A DNA stretch of 64,000 bases from Gammaproteobacteria bacterium (GTDB lineage Bacteria; Pseudomonadota; Gammaproteobacteria; Burkholderiales; Sulfuricellaceae): NCBI GenBank assembly GCA_018823025.1, contig JAHJJI010000115.1, positions 1,833 through 65,832 of the forward strand, in the 5' to 3' direction. The position numbers were made by a program, and so were the translations under genes. The notes beneath the pieces are model-generated. The model saw nothing but the letters and a program-made list of their open reading frames with translations. It made no database searches and was not told the origin of the DNA. This document shows, piece after piece, positions 10,680-21,473 of this stretch (position 1 is its first letter; every line of letters starts with the position of its first letter).

Positions 10680-12377
10680 ATGGACAAACCACTCAATATT
10701 CTTGTCGTTGACGATACAGAACCGAATCTGGTTCTGATCAGCACATTCATCACCAGGCTTGGCCACACCACGATACTGGCGAGAAATGGTCAGGAAGCAG
10801 TCGATTCGTACCGTGAGTCATCGCCGGACATGGTCTTGATGGATGTCATGATGCCGGTCATGGATGGCTACCAGGCTACCGCAGAAATCAGAAAACTGGC
10901 TGGCAACAAATGGGTCCCGGTGATCTTCCTCAGCGCAAAAGCCCAGGACAGCGACCTGGTCAGGGGGCTGCAAGTCGGGGGGGACGATTACCTGACCAAA
11001 CCCATCAACCTGCCTATCCTGCAAGCCAAAATCAAGGCGATGCAACGCATCGCGGAAATGCAGCGCGAAATAACCGAAAAAGCAGAACAACTGGAGCGCT
11101 ACCACGCAGAAAACGAACGCGAACAAAACCTGTCCAAACATCTGCTGGAAAGAATCATACGTGCCCACAAGCCAAATGACCCGATGGTTGAGCAACTGGT
11201 TCTTCCGGCAACACGCTTCAGCGGCGATATCATCGCTACCGAATTCACGCCCAACAACATATTGCACGTCATCCTGGCCGATAGCGCCGGCCACGGCCTG
11301 TCCGCCGCGCTGAATGTGCTGCCTGTTGTCGAGGTGTTTTACAGTATGACTGAAAAGGGATACAGCCTTCCCACCATCGTCAGAGAACTCAACAATAAGA
11401 TCAAGCAGCTCATGCCGACAGAACGCTTTGTCGCCGCCACGCTGGCCGCCATCGATTTTTCGGAACGCACCATCGAGATCTGGAATGGCGGCATGCCGAC
11501 CGCCTATTTTGTGGATGAGAAGGGCAAAATCATTCGGGAATGGCGAGCAGCGCAACCGCCGATGGGAATCATGAGCAATGCCGATTTCCTTTCGAAAACC
11601 GATGTTTTTCAATGGAGTGAACCGGGACGTTTGTTTCTTTATTCGGATGGCCTGGTTGAAGCGGAAAACGAGGCCGGTGAACGCTTCGGGAGCGAGCGAC
11701 TCCTGCAGGCGCTGAAAGCTGAGTGCGACCAGGGACAATTCTGGTTTCTGATTGCTGCGGCAAACCAATTCATGGGCCTGGACAGTGCGACTGACGACAT
11801 CTCCCTTGCCGCCATCCACTGCCCGATGGCTCCTATTGGCGAAGATATCGCCCAACCCGAGCAACCCTCCGCCAAACCGGTAGAACCGAGCGAATCCAGG
11901 CTGGCAGTCAAGCTCAGCCCTCTGGAACTCAAGTCCTTTGATGTCTTGCCATGGCTGATCAACTGGCTGCAGCAGTTAAATTTCAGCCAGCGGCAATGCC
12001 AGGAAATGTTCCTGATTCTTTCCGAACTCTACAACAACTCCCTGGATCATGGTGTACTGGCCCTGAATTCCAGTATAAAACATCAGCCAGACGGTTTCGG
12101 CCTCTACCTCGACATGCGCGAGGAGCGCCTGGTTGGACTGCAACAGGGATCAATCGAAATTGAACTGGAACGAGTACAGGAAAACCAGGTACCCTGCCTC
12201 AAGCTGCGAGTCACGGACAGCGGCATGGGATTTCATGCGGATTCCATACTGAATGTGGATATTTCATCCAGCGCCAGACTGGCTGGGCGCGGCATCGTAC
12301 TGGTCAAGAGCTTGTGCGCTGAGGTGAGCTATCCGGGTAGCGGCAATGAAGTGGTCGCGCTATACCGGTTGAAATAA
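10680..12377 (+). CDS. Three-domain response regulator: receiver + PP2C/SpoIIE phosphatase + RsbW-like HATPase (anti-sigma kinase) domain
   Basis: I prefer the start at ATG 10680 (MDKPLNILVVDD) over the ORF-track GTG at 10623. Receiver (DMVLMDVMMPVMDG), PP2C region (SGDIIA...ILADSAGHG...LYSDGLVE...DDISL) and C-terminal N/G boxes (ELYNNSLDHG, DSGMGF, GRGIVLV). Confidence 0.8.
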   Translation: MDKPLNILVVDDTEPNLVLISTFITRLGHTTILARNGQEAVDSYRESSPDMVLMDVMMPVMDGYQATAEIRKLAGNKWVPVIFLSAKAQDSDLVRGLQVGGDDYLTKPINLPILQAKIKAMQRIAEMQREITEKAEQLERYHAENEREQNLSKHLLERIIRAHKPNDPMVEQLVLPATRFSGDIIATEFTPNNILHVILADSAGHGLSAALNVLPVVEVFYSMTEKGYSLPTIVRELNNKIKQLMPTERFVAATLAAIDFSERTIEIWNGGMPTAYFVDEKGKIIREWRAAQPPMGIMSNADFLSKTDVFQWSEPGRLFLYSDGLVEAENEAGERFGSERLLQALKAECDQGQFWFLIAAANQFMGLDSATDDISLAAIHCPMAPIGEDIAQPEQPSAKPVEPSESRLAVKLSPLELKSFDVLPWLINWLQQLNFSQRQCQEMFLILSELYNNSLDHGVLALNSSIKHQPDGFGLYLDMREERLVGLQQGSIEIELERVQENQVPCLKLRVTDSGMGFHADSILNVDISSSARLAGRGIVLVKSLCAEVSYPGSGNEVVALYRLK

Positions 12378-12537
12378 GCCTAAAAACCCCTTCACTACAG
12401 AGGCGAAAAGGCACGAAATACCAATAATCAATGCGTTACAGATCGACAAGCTTTCACAAAGTGGATGGTTTTCCGTGTTGGTGTAATGCCTTGTCTTTCA
12501 CTCTGTGCCTCTGTATCTCTGTGGTTAACCACTTTTT

Positions 12538-13497
12538 TCAGAGGGTATCGTCTCTCGATATCCCCTTGCGCTTAAGGCTGCGGCGCAAAAGTTTCAAAGC
12601 TTCCACCTGAATCTGGCGCACCCGCTCACGGGTGATATCCAGGGTGTCAGCCACTTCCTCCAGAGTGTGAATGGCATGTCCGTTCAGGCCAAAACGCCGC
12701 TCTATCACACGGCGCTGTTTATCTCCCAGTTCCTCAAGCCACTGACGCACGAGCGCCTCGAGCTCTGTATGCTGCAGCTGCAATTCGGGCGAAAGGGTAT
12801 TTTCGTCGGGAATCGCATCACTCAAAGAGAGTCCAGGGTCAATATCCAGCGGCGTATCCAGGGAGGCTATACGCTCATTCAGGTTCAGCACATAGCGCAC
12901 ATCGGCCACCGGCTTGCCCAGCATGTGCGCCACCTCTTCCACGCTGGGTTCGTTGCCTTTGTGGGCCTCGAGGTGACGAAACGCCTGCAAGCAAGTATTC
13001 ATTTCCCGGATCACATGCACCGGAATGCGGATAGTGCGCGACTGATTCATGATGGCGCGCTCGATATTCTGCCGTATCCACCAGGTGGCGTAGGTGGAAA
13101 AGCGGAAACCCCGTTCCGGATCGAATTTTTCCAGGGCATGTATGAGCCCCAGATTGCCTTCCTCTATCATGTCCAGTAGTGCCATACCACGATTGACATA
13201 ATGTTTGGCGACATTGACCACCAACCGGAGATTGCACTCAATCATCCTCTGGCGGGCCTCGAAGTCACCCTGGATTACCCGGCACGCCAGGCTGTACTCC
13301 TCTGTAGCGGTCAGCAAGGCATTCTGCCCGATTTCATTCAGGTAAATCAGGGTCGGGTCATGCCGCGACTCGCCAGGCAGCTCAGACAGTTCAGGCACTT
13401 CAAGCCGCTCCGGCAGCACCTCGACCTTCTCCTCTTCCAGAGGGGGCTTGTCTTCGCTCAGGAACTCATCATCGTCGCTGTAAGGGTCTTCGCTCAT
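12538..13497 (-). CDS. rpoS: RNA polymerase sigma factor RpoS (sigma-38)
   Basis: Sigma-70 regions 1.2-4 (DPTLIYLNEIG, NLRLVVNVAKHY, STYATWWIRQ, TLEEVADTLDITRERVRQI), 319 aa, directly downstream of nlpD in the conserved surE-pcm-nlpD-rpoS arrangement. Confidence 0.85.
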   Translation of the reverse strand: MSEDPYSDDDEFLSEDKPPLEEEKVEVLPERLEVPELSELPGESRHDPTLIYLNEIGQNALLTATEEYSLACRVIQGDFEARQRMIECNLRLVVNVAKHYVNRGMALLDMIEEGNLGLIHALEKFDPERGFRFSTYATWWIRQNIERAIMNQSRTIRIPVHVIREMNTCLQAFRHLEAHKGNEPSVEEVAHMLGKPVADVRYVLNLNERIASLDTPLDIDPGLSLSDAIPDENTLSPELQLQHTELEALVRQWLEELGDKQRRVIERRFGLNGHAIHTLEEVADTLDITRERVRQIQVEALKLLRRSLKRKGISRDDTL

Positions 13498-14387
13498 CAG
13501 GATTTGTCGCTGGGCAGATATTTCATCGGGTCGACCGGCTTGCCAAACCGCCGTATCTCGAAATGCAGCTTGACCTGATCGGCATCGGAATCACCCATTT
13601 CGGCAATTTTCTGACCCTTGGTCACACTCTGCCCTTCCTTGACCAGGATCTTGTGATTGTGCGCGTAGGCACTCAAATAGGTCTTGTTGTGCTTGATGAT
13701 CACCAGTTTTCCATAGCCGCGCAGTCCGCTGCCACTATAAACCACTTTACCCGGTCCAGCGGCGAGAACAGGCTGGCCGCTCTTCCCGCCGATGTCCAGG
13801 CCCTTGCCAGAACCGGATGCCTCATTGAACGACGTGATTACTTTGCCTGTGGTGGGCCAGTTCCATTCGACCCGCTCATCATCCTCGGACTGGTTACCCT
13901 CTTTTTTCTCTGCCGGCAATTCAGCCGGTACCGGCTTGTCCTGGGATTCTGTCCTGGCCGTGGAAGCCTTTTCCGCCTGTTCTGAGTAAGCCAGCTTGAG
14001 CGCCTTGGGTTGGGTCTTCAGCAATGCATCCTCGCCGGCTTGCCGGGTTTCCGCCATCGCTCCGGTTTTCAACGGAGTGACCACTACCGTCTGCGGAGAA
14101 TCTTTAAACTTCACAGACTGGCCGATATGTATGGTGTAGGGCGGCGTGATGCCGTTCCATTCCGCCACTTCCTTGTAGTCGAAGCCATGCTCCAGCGCAA
14201 TGCCATACAGAGTATCGCCCTTCTGAACAGTATAGGTCTGGGGGCGCAAGTCCCCGTCCTTCCTGGTTTTGGTGGGTGATTTCTGAGTCATGGAAGCGCG
14301 CTCGAGTACAGGCGCACTCGACTTGGTCGATGCGCAACCGCTGATCAGCAGGGCAAATACACCAGCGACCAGAGCGGTACCAATCAT
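13497..14387 (-). CDS. nlpD: Murein hydrolase activator lipoprotein NlpD (LysM + M23 peptidase domains)
   Basis: Lipobox LISGC, LysM (YTVQKGDTLYGIA) and M23 domain (GKGLDIGG...GYGKLVIIKH...YAHN...LHFEIR). Confidence 0.85.
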   Translation of the reverse strand: MIGTALVAGVFALLISGCASTKSSAPVLERASMTQKSPTKTRKDGDLRPQTYTVQKGDTLYGIALEHGFDYKEVAEWNGITPPYTIHIGQSVKFKDSPQTVVVTPLKTGAMAETRQAGEDALLKTQPKALKLAYSEQAEKASTARTESQDKPVPAELPAEKKEGNQSEDDERVEWNWPTTGKVITSFNEASGSGKGLDIGGKSGQPVLAAGPGKVVYSGSGLRGYGKLVIIKHNKTYLSAYAHNHKILVKEGQSVTKGQKIAEMGDSDADQVKLHFEIRRFGKPVDPMKYLPSDKS

Positions 14388-14411
14388 AACAAGCGCCCTT
14401 TACCATTGCCT

Positions 14412-14474
14412 CCTCTCCCGCTTGCGGGAGAGGATTGAGGTGAGGGCGCCTCCTTGGGAAAGGGTTGTGCCCTC
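14412..14474. repeat. Two short GC-rich hairpins (REP-like/terminator) between pcm and nlpD
   Basis: cctctcccg-cttg-cgggagagg (14412-14432) and gagggc...gccctc (14442-14474). Confidence 0.4.
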
Positions 14475-14496
14475 AGAAAAACCCTGTTTTCCAGAA

Positions 14497-15159
14497 TCAT
14501 ACCAACCCCGGCAATAGTGGAACAAACTTCACTGCCTCCAGCGTTGTCTGACGATATTCTTCAGCAGTATGTTCTATCAGACACAAGCGCTGTTCGCCAG
14601 TTCCAATCGGGAACACCATCCGCCCACCCTCGGCCAATTGTGACAGCAGCGCCTCCGGCACGTGAGTGGCAGCCGCAGTCATGATGATCCCGTCGAACGG
14701 CCCGAGTTCCGCCAATCCGAGAGAACCGTCTGCATGCTTGACCCTGACGTTGGCAGCTCGAATTTCGCGCAGATGTCCACGCGCCTTCATCAGTAGCGGC
14801 GCGATCCGTTCCACGGAATACACTTCCTTCGCCAGACGGGCCAGCACTGCGGTCTGGTAACCACAGCCCGTGCCGATTTCCAGCACTTTACCCAGTGACC
14901 TGCCACCGCGTAGCAGTTCAGACATGCGCGCAACGGTTTGGGGGTTGGAAATGGTCTGACCGAAACCGATCGGCAGCGAGCAGTTTTCATAGGCGCGGGT
15001 GGCCAGCGCCTCGTCCACGAAAATATGGCGCGGCACAGAAGCCATCGCATCGAGCACCACCTCGTCCTTGATACCCTGGCTGCGCAAGCGCTCCACCATG
15101 CGCACCCGGGTACGCTGGGAAGTCATGCCGATGCCACTGAGGTTCGCACTCATAACCAC
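14497..15159 (-). CDS. pcm: Protein-L-isoaspartate O-methyltransferase
   Basis: Pcm motifs ([25 protein letters not shown]) and the conserved position after surE. Confidence 0.9.
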   Translation of the reverse strand: MVMSANLSGIGMTSQRTRVRMVERLRSQGIKDEVVLDAMASVPRHIFVDEALATRAYENCSLPIGFGQTISNPQTVARMSELLRGGRSLGKVLEIGTGCGYQTAVLARLAKEVYSVERIAPLLMKARGHLREIRAANVRVKHADGSLGLAELGPFDGIIMTAAATHVPEALLSQLAEGGRMVFPIGTGEQRLCLIEHTAEEYRQTTLEAVKFVPLLPGLV

Positions 15160-15887
15160 CCTTTGATCACGTCCATCTGCTCATAATGAGTCAAGTCAAT
15201 CTGCAACGGGGTCACAGAGACCATGCCGCGTGCCACCGCGCCGAAATCCGTGCCAGCCCCGGCATCCTGCGCAGCGCCGGCCGCTCCCACCCAGTATACC
15301 GTTTCACCACGCGGGTTAACCGACTTCACCACCGGTTCCGCCTTGTGCCGCCTGCCCAGCCGCGTGACTTCCCGGCCCTGGAGCTGATCATAGGGAACGT
15401 CCGGTACATTGACGTTCAACAGCACCGGACTGGTGAAGGGCTGGTCCTGGTGGCGCTTGATAAGTTCGGCAACCACGCGCGCTGCAGTTTCATAATTGCC
15501 AGCCCCCTTGCTTACCAGGGATACAGCGATTGAGGGGATACCCAACAAATAGCCTTCGGTTGCCGCCGCCACCGTACCGGAATAAATCGTGTCGTCACCC
15601 ATGTTGGCGCCGTGATTGATGCCTGAAATCACCATGTCCGGCAGATGATCCAGCATGCCGGTCACAGCAAGGTGTACGCAGTCGGTGGGGGTGCCGTTAA
15701 CGTAATAGAAGCCACTGTGGGCTTTGCGTAAGCTGAGTGGGCGATCAAGCGTGAGCGAGTTGCTGGCGCCGCTGCGATCGCGCTCTGGGGCGACTACAGT
15801 GATATCGGCAAGAGAGGAAAGTGTTTCGGCAAGGCAGGCCAAGCCAGGAGCGAAATAACCGTCATCGTTACTCAACAGAATCCGCAT
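15150..15887 (-). CDS. surE: 5'/3'-nucleotidase SurE
   Basis: N-terminal [15 protein letters not shown] signature. Overlaps the pcm start by 10 nt. Confidence 0.9.
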   Translation of the reverse strand: MRILLSNDDGYFAPGLACLAETLSSLADITVVAPERDRSGASNSLTLDRPLSLRKAHSGFYYVNGTPTDCVHLAVTGMLDHLPDMVISGINHGANMGDDTIYSGTVAAATEGYLLGIPSIAVSLVSKGAGNYETAARVVAELIKRHQDQPFTSPVLLNVNVPDVPYDQLQGREVTRLGRRHKAEPVVKSVNPRGETVYWVGAAGAAQDAGAGTDFGAVARGMVSVTPLQIDLTHYEQMDVIKGWL

Positions 15888-15959
15888 CGTTGATTTTTAC
15901 GGTTGGCCAGTGAAATCTCGAAGTGGTACACCCCTTCGGGCTTCCACTTCAGTTATAAG

Positions 15960-16037
<78 letters not shown>

Positions 16038-16083
16038 AGAGACGGCATTATAGCCGAAACCTCCGGGCTCGGCTACATTCGAA

Positions 16084-16467
16084 CTAGATATGAAGCAGTT
16101 CCAGCACGCTTTTGATTTCCCGCCTTAGCAACGCCATATCCATAGCATTGCCCGCATCAGGCGTAGTGTCTGCAACCCCTGCCGGTGCTTCGCGCTCACC
16201 CGCTTCTTCCAGGCGATGGCGCGCACCGCTGATGGTGAAACCCTGCTCGTACAGCAGATCGCGGATGCGGCGCACCAGCAGCACCTCGTGGTGCTGGTAG
16301 TAGCGCCGGTTGCCGCGTCGTTTCACCGGCTTGAGCTGGGTAAACTCCTGCTCCCAGTAACGCAGCACGTGTGGCTTGACTCCGCACAACTCGCTCACTT
16401 CACCAATCGTGAAGTAACGCTTTGCCGGAATCGGTGGTAAATCAGGCTTGCTTGCGAGTTCCGCCAT
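16084..16467 (-). CDS. MerR-family transcriptional regulator
   Basis: MerR HTH ([25 protein letters not shown]). Overlaps the end of ihfA. Confidence 0.75.
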   Translation of the reverse strand: MAELASKPDLPPIPAKRYFTIGEVSELCGVKPHVLRYWEQEFTQLKPVKRRGNRRYYQHHEVLLVRRIRDLLYEQGFTISGARHRLEEAGEREAPAGVADTTPDAGNAMDMALLRREIKSVLELLHI

Positions 16468-16768
16468 TTGCGGCCTCTAATTGATAGGACTCTTCCACCA
16501 ACCCCTTCAGCTTCTGGCTGGCATGAAAGGTCACCACGCGCCGCGCGGTAATAGGAATTTCTTCACCGGTTTTGGGATTGCGGCCGGGACGTTCAGGCTT
16601 GTCGCGTAGCTCGAAATTGCCGAATCCGGACAGCTTGACGCCATCCCCTTGTTCCAGGGACACGCGAATCTCTTCAAAGAAGGATTCCACCATGTCCTTG
16701 GCTTCCCGTTTGTTCAACCCTACTTTTTCGAACAGCATGTCTGCTAGTTCGGCTTTTGTTAATGTCAT
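16442..16768 (-). CDS. ihfA: Integration host factor subunit alpha
   Basis: [28 protein letters not shown]...[26 protein letters not shown]. Downstream of pheT, as in E. coli. Confidence 0.9.
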   Translation of the reverse strand: MTLTKAELADMLFEKVGLNKREAKDMVESFFEEIRVSLEQGDGVKLSGFGNFELRDKPERPGRNPKTGEEIPITARRVVTFHASQKLKGLVEESYQLEAANGGTRKQA

Positions 16769-16777
16769 GTTTGTTCC

Positions 16778-19135
16778 TCAATTACGTAACTTCGCGCCGA
16801 AGCGGGAAGCCAAAACTTCAGCAAGTTGCGCGGTCACCGCGTCTACTTCTTCATCGGTCAGAGTCTGTCGAGTATCTTGCATCAACACCCGGAATGCAAG
16901 ACTTTTTTTACCTAAATCAATGCCTTTGCCACGATACACATCAAACAACGCGAGCTCGGCCACGACGCCCGGCAAGTGCTCACTCATGCCGTCAAGCAAG
17001 TCCTGCACGCTGACTCCCTCGTCCACGACCACCGCAATATCACGGCGAACCACCTGAAACTTCGATATCTCGGTAAACGACGGAACCCTGCCACTCAGCA
17101 GTACGGCCATATTCAGTTCGAACACGACCGGCGCGGCCGGCAGCTCGTATTTCTGCTGCCACTTCGGATGCAGCGTGCCGACCCAGCCAATAAACTCACC
17201 CTCCAGCCACACCTTTGCCGACTGGCCAGGATGCAACGCCGGATGCGAGCCGGACTCGAAGCGGGGAACCCACGGCCAGAACAGGGCTTCTACATCCGCC
17301 TTGGCATCATAAAAATCCACGCCGCGCACGACCTCGCCCCACTGCTCGGGCTTAGTATTGCCGTAACACAGACCGGCGATTTTTTCTGGCTGGATAAATC
17401 CGTCCGCCGATTGGGTGAAGCAGCACCCGGTTTCAAACAGGCGCACGCGTTCCTGCTTGCGATTGAGATTGAAGCACAGGTTATCGAGCAACCCGCCGAA
17501 CAGGGTCGAGCGCATCACGCCCATCTGGCTGGCAATCGGGTTCTTTAGCGACAGCGGGTTGTCGTTGCCGGCAACATCACGTTCCCATGCCGCATCGACA
17601 AAGCTGTAATTAATTACTTCCTGGTAATCGCGCGCGGTCAGCAGCGCCCGCAATGCATCTCGCCCCCGCGCCGCCTCGGACTGGGCCAGCATGTTCAGAC
17701 TACCTCGGGGCGGCAGTGCGGGGATGTTGTCGTAGCCATAGAGCCGTGCCATTTCCTCGATCAGGTCGGCCTCGATGGCCAGATCGAAACGATAGCTCGG
17801 CGGCGTAACCTGGAATGCGCCGCCGTCTTCGGCAAAATCGAATTGCAGGCGAGTGAGCAGCGCAGCCATTTGGACCGCACTAAAATCTATGCCCAGCACC
17901 TGGCTGACGCGTGCCACCCGCAGCCGGATCGGCGTGCGCTGCGGCAATTCAGCCGTTACTTCGGTGATCTCGCCCGCCGCGCCACCGCAGATTTCCAGCA
18001 ACAACTGCGTGGCCCGCTCCAGCGTAACGCGCGTTGCAGCGAAATCCACACCCCGCTCGAAACGATAGGAAGAATCGGTGGATAGAGTCAGCCGGCGCGC
18101 CTTGCCGGCAATCGTATCCGGATTGAAGAATGCACTTTCCAGGAAAATATCGACGGTAGTATCAGACACCGCGCTAGCCTGACCGCCCATCACGCCTGCC
18201 AGTGCCAGAGCCTGGGCAGTATCGCTGATGACCAGCATGTCGGAATCCAGCGCCGCCATCTGCTGGTTAAGCAGTTCCAGTTGCTCTCCGGAACGGGCGA
18301 AACGCACGCTGATGCCGCCCTGAATTTTCGCCAGGTCAAACGCATGCAGGGGCTGGCCCAGTTCCAGCAGAACATAATTGGTGACGTCCACGATCGCACT
18401 GATCGGACGCAGACCGCTTCTTTTCAGCCGGCACGCAATCCATTCCGGCGTCGCTGCTGCCGCATTCAGACCTTTCAGCACCCGGCCGCAGTAACGCGGG
18501 CAAGCCGCTGGTTCGTCCACCACCACAGCGATCCGGTCAGAAATTGAGGCAGGCACCACCACCACATTCGGTAAACTCAATGCTGCGCCCGTCACCGCCG
18601 CTACTTCGCGCGCCACACCGGCCACGCTCAGGCAGTCGCTACGGTTGGGAGTGAGTTTGAGGGTATACAAATTGTCGTCGAGGCCAAGATAATCGCGGAT
18701 CGATTGTCCAACCGTCGCATCGGCCGGTAACAGCAACAGGCCGTTGCTTTCTTCGGCCAGTCCCAGCTCCGACTCGGAACACAGCATGCCGGAGGATTCT
18801 ACGCCGCGTACTTTAGCCTGCTTGATCGCCATCTTCGGCAGTTGCGCACCAACCAGGGCGCACGGAACCTTCGCTCCGGCACGCACATTGGCCGCACCAC
18901 ACACGATCTGCAACGGCTCGCCTGAACCGATATCGACCCGGCAGACATTCAGCCGGTCTGCATCGGGATGTTTCTCCAGTGACAAGACTTCCCCCACCAC
19001 TACTTTGTCGAAGGGAGGCGCTACCGTTTCCAGCGCTTCCACCTCCAGCCCCGCCATGGTCAGGGCATGGGCGAGTCGTTCACTATCGAGTTCGGGATTG
19101 ACGTAGGCACGCAGCCAATTTTCGGAAAATTTCAT
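16778..19135 (-). CDS. pheT: Phenylalanine--tRNA ligase beta subunit
   Basis: 785 aa. N-terminal MKFSENWLR signature, tRNA-binding, B3/4, B5 and FDX-ACB regions. Confidence 0.9.
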   Translation of the reverse strand: MKFSENWLRAYVNPELDSERLAHALTMAGLEVEALETVAPPFDKVVVGEVLSLEKHPDADRLNVCRVDIGSGEPLQIVCGAANVRAGAKVPCALVGAQLPKMAIKQAKVRGVESSGMLCSESELGLAEESNGLLLLPADATVGQSIRDYLGLDDNLYTLKLTPNRSDCLSVAGVAREVAAVTGAALSLPNVVVVPASISDRIAVVVDEPAACPRYCGRVLKGLNAAAATPEWIACRLKRSGLRPISAIVDVTNYVLLELGQPLHAFDLAKIQGGISVRFARSGEQLELLNQQMAALDSDMLVISDTAQALALAGVMGGQASAVSDTTVDIFLESAFFNPDTIAGKARRLTLSTDSSYRFERGVDFAATRVTLERATQLLLEICGGAAGEITEVTAELPQRTPIRLRVARVSQVLGIDFSAVQMAALLTRLQFDFAEDGGAFQVTPPSYRFDLAIEADLIEEMARLYGYDNIPALPPRGSLNMLAQSEAARGRDALRALLTARDYQEVINYSFVDAAWERDVAGNDNPLSLKNPIASQMGVMRSTLFGGLLDNLCFNLNRKQERVRLFETGCCFTQSADGFIQPEKIAGLCYGNTKPEQWGEVVRGVDFYDAKADVEALFWPWVPRFESGSHPALHPGQSAKVWLEGEFIGWVGTLHPKWQQKYELPAAPVVFELNMAVLLSGRVPSFTEISKFQVVRRDIAVVVDEGVSVQDLLDGMSEHLPGVVAELALFDVYRGKGIDLGKKSLAFRVLMQDTRQTLTDEEVDAVTAQLAEVLASRFGAKLRN

Positions 19136-20155
<1,020 letters not shown>

Positions 20156-20198
20156 TCAATTTATATTGGAGCTAACGATTTTCTGCCCTTAAACCCAA

Positions 20199-20230
20199 AC
20201 AAAAAAAGGAGGCTTCTCAGCCTCCTTTTT
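20199..20230 (-). terminator. Rho-independent terminator after rplT
   Basis: ggaggc-ttctca-gcctcc hairpin flanked by A7 and T5 runs. On the minus strand the stem is followed by TTTTTTTGTTT. Confidence 0.7.
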
Positions 20231-20242
20231 CTTGACTACTGC

Positions 20243-20602
20243 TTAAGCTGCGAGGCGAGCTTTTACCTGATTCACGATGTGTGCAAAAGCGGGCTTGTCG
20301 AACACAGCCAGATCAGCCAAGACCTTGCGATCCACTTCAATCGCGGCTTTCTTTATGCCGTTCATGAACACGCTGTAAGTCAGACCCAGTTCGCGAGCTG
20401 CCGCGTTGATGCGGACAATCCACAGGGCGCGGAATTGACGCTTCTTCTGGCGACGGTCACGATAAGCATACTGACCGGCTTTCATCACCGCCTGTTTGGC
20501 GATGCGGTATACGTTCTTGCGGCGACCGCGGAAACCCTTGGCCTGTACCAGAACTTTCTTGTGGCGCGCGCGCGCCGTTACTCCACGTTTAACTCTTGGC
20601 AT
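20243..20602 (-). CDS. rplT: 50S ribosomal protein L20
   Basis: [18 protein letters not shown] signature. Confidence 0.95.
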   Translation of the reverse strand: MPRVKRGVTARARHKKVLVQAKGFRGRRKNVYRIAKQAVMKAGQYAYRDRRQKKRQFRALWIVRINAAARELGLTYSVFMNGIKKAAIEVDRKVLADLAVFDKPAFAHIVNQVKARLAA

Positions 20603-20614
20603 TTTTCAGTCTCC

Positions 20615-20812
20615 TTACGCGTAGGGCATCATGGCGCGAACCGACTTCATGTCGCTCGCACAAACCATCGAAGTACCGCGCAGCTGACGCTTACGCTTGG
20701 TCGTCTTTTTGGTCAGGATGTGGCGCAGGTGAGAATGGGTGCGCTTGATACCGCCGCCACCCAGAGACTTGAAGCGCTTGGCAGCGCCGCTCTTGGTTTT
20801 CATCTTAGGCAT
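20615..20812 (-). CDS. rpmI: 50S ribosomal protein L35
   Basis: [15 protein letters not shown] signature. Confidence 0.95.
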   Translation of the reverse strand: MPKMKTKSGAAKRFKSLGGGGIKRTHSHLRHILTKKTTKRKRQLRGTSMVCASDMKSVRAMMPYA

Positions 20813-20930
20813 TTACAACTCCTACATTTTAGCTTGATGTCAGGCGCTCCCCTGCGGGGAAACTTGGTAGCCTGAACACCACTTCTTTTTAGCTGACAAC
20901 TTGCGCCACCAGCTGGACTTACAACTACTA

Positions 20931-21449
20931 CTACTTCTTCTTCGGCGACAGCACCATCACCATCTGACGGCCTTCCATTTTCGGAAACTGCTCGACCGTA
21001 CCATGTTCCAGAAGATCGGCCTCAACGCGCTTAAGAAGCCGTAAACCAATCTCCTGGTGCGCCATCTCCCGACCACGGAAGCGCAACGTGATCTTGCACT
21101 TGTCGCCCTCTTCCAGAAATTTGATCAGATTGCGCAGCTTGATCTGGTAGTCGCCCTCGTCCGTTCCCGGACGAAACTTGATTTCCTTGACCTTGATCTG
21201 GATCTGTTTCAGCTTGGCTTCGTGCTGCTTCTTGCTTTCGCGGTACTTGAACTTGCCGTAATCCATCAAACGGCACACCGGCGGCTGGGCTTGCGGAGCG
21301 ATCTCGACCAAGTCGATCTCGGCCTCTTCCGCCATACCCATGGCCACTGCCAGGCTAACTATGCCAAGCGGCTCACCTTCCACACCGACCAAACGAATTT
21401 CGGGCGCATTAATCTCGCCATTAATTCGTGATTCTTTTTCCTGAGCGAT
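20931..21449 (-). CDS. infC: Translation initiation factor IF-3, probable non-AUG (AUC) start
   Basis: IF-3 sequence ([24 protein letters not shown]...[14 protein letters not shown]). The frame is open upstream of the ORF-track start (TTG 21392). An ATC codon at 21449 lies 7 nt downstream of GGAGG and gives an N-terminus of the normal length. Confidence 0.8.
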   Translation of the reverse strand: MAQEKESRINGEINAPEIRLVGVEGEPLGIVSLAVAMGMAEEAEIDLVEIAPQAQPPVCRLMDYGKFKYRESKKQHEAKLKQIQIKVKEIKFRPGTDEGDYQIKLRNLIKFLEEGDKCKITLRFRGREMAHQEIGLRLLKRVEADLLEHGTVEQFPKMEGRQMVMVLSPKKK

Positions 21450-21473
21450 AGCAAAACCTCCAAATCAAAAAAA

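Noticed and set aside
10818-11864. 348-aa ORF on the minus strand
   Set aside because: It is antisense to the receiver-PP2C-kinase gene, whose motifs are clear.
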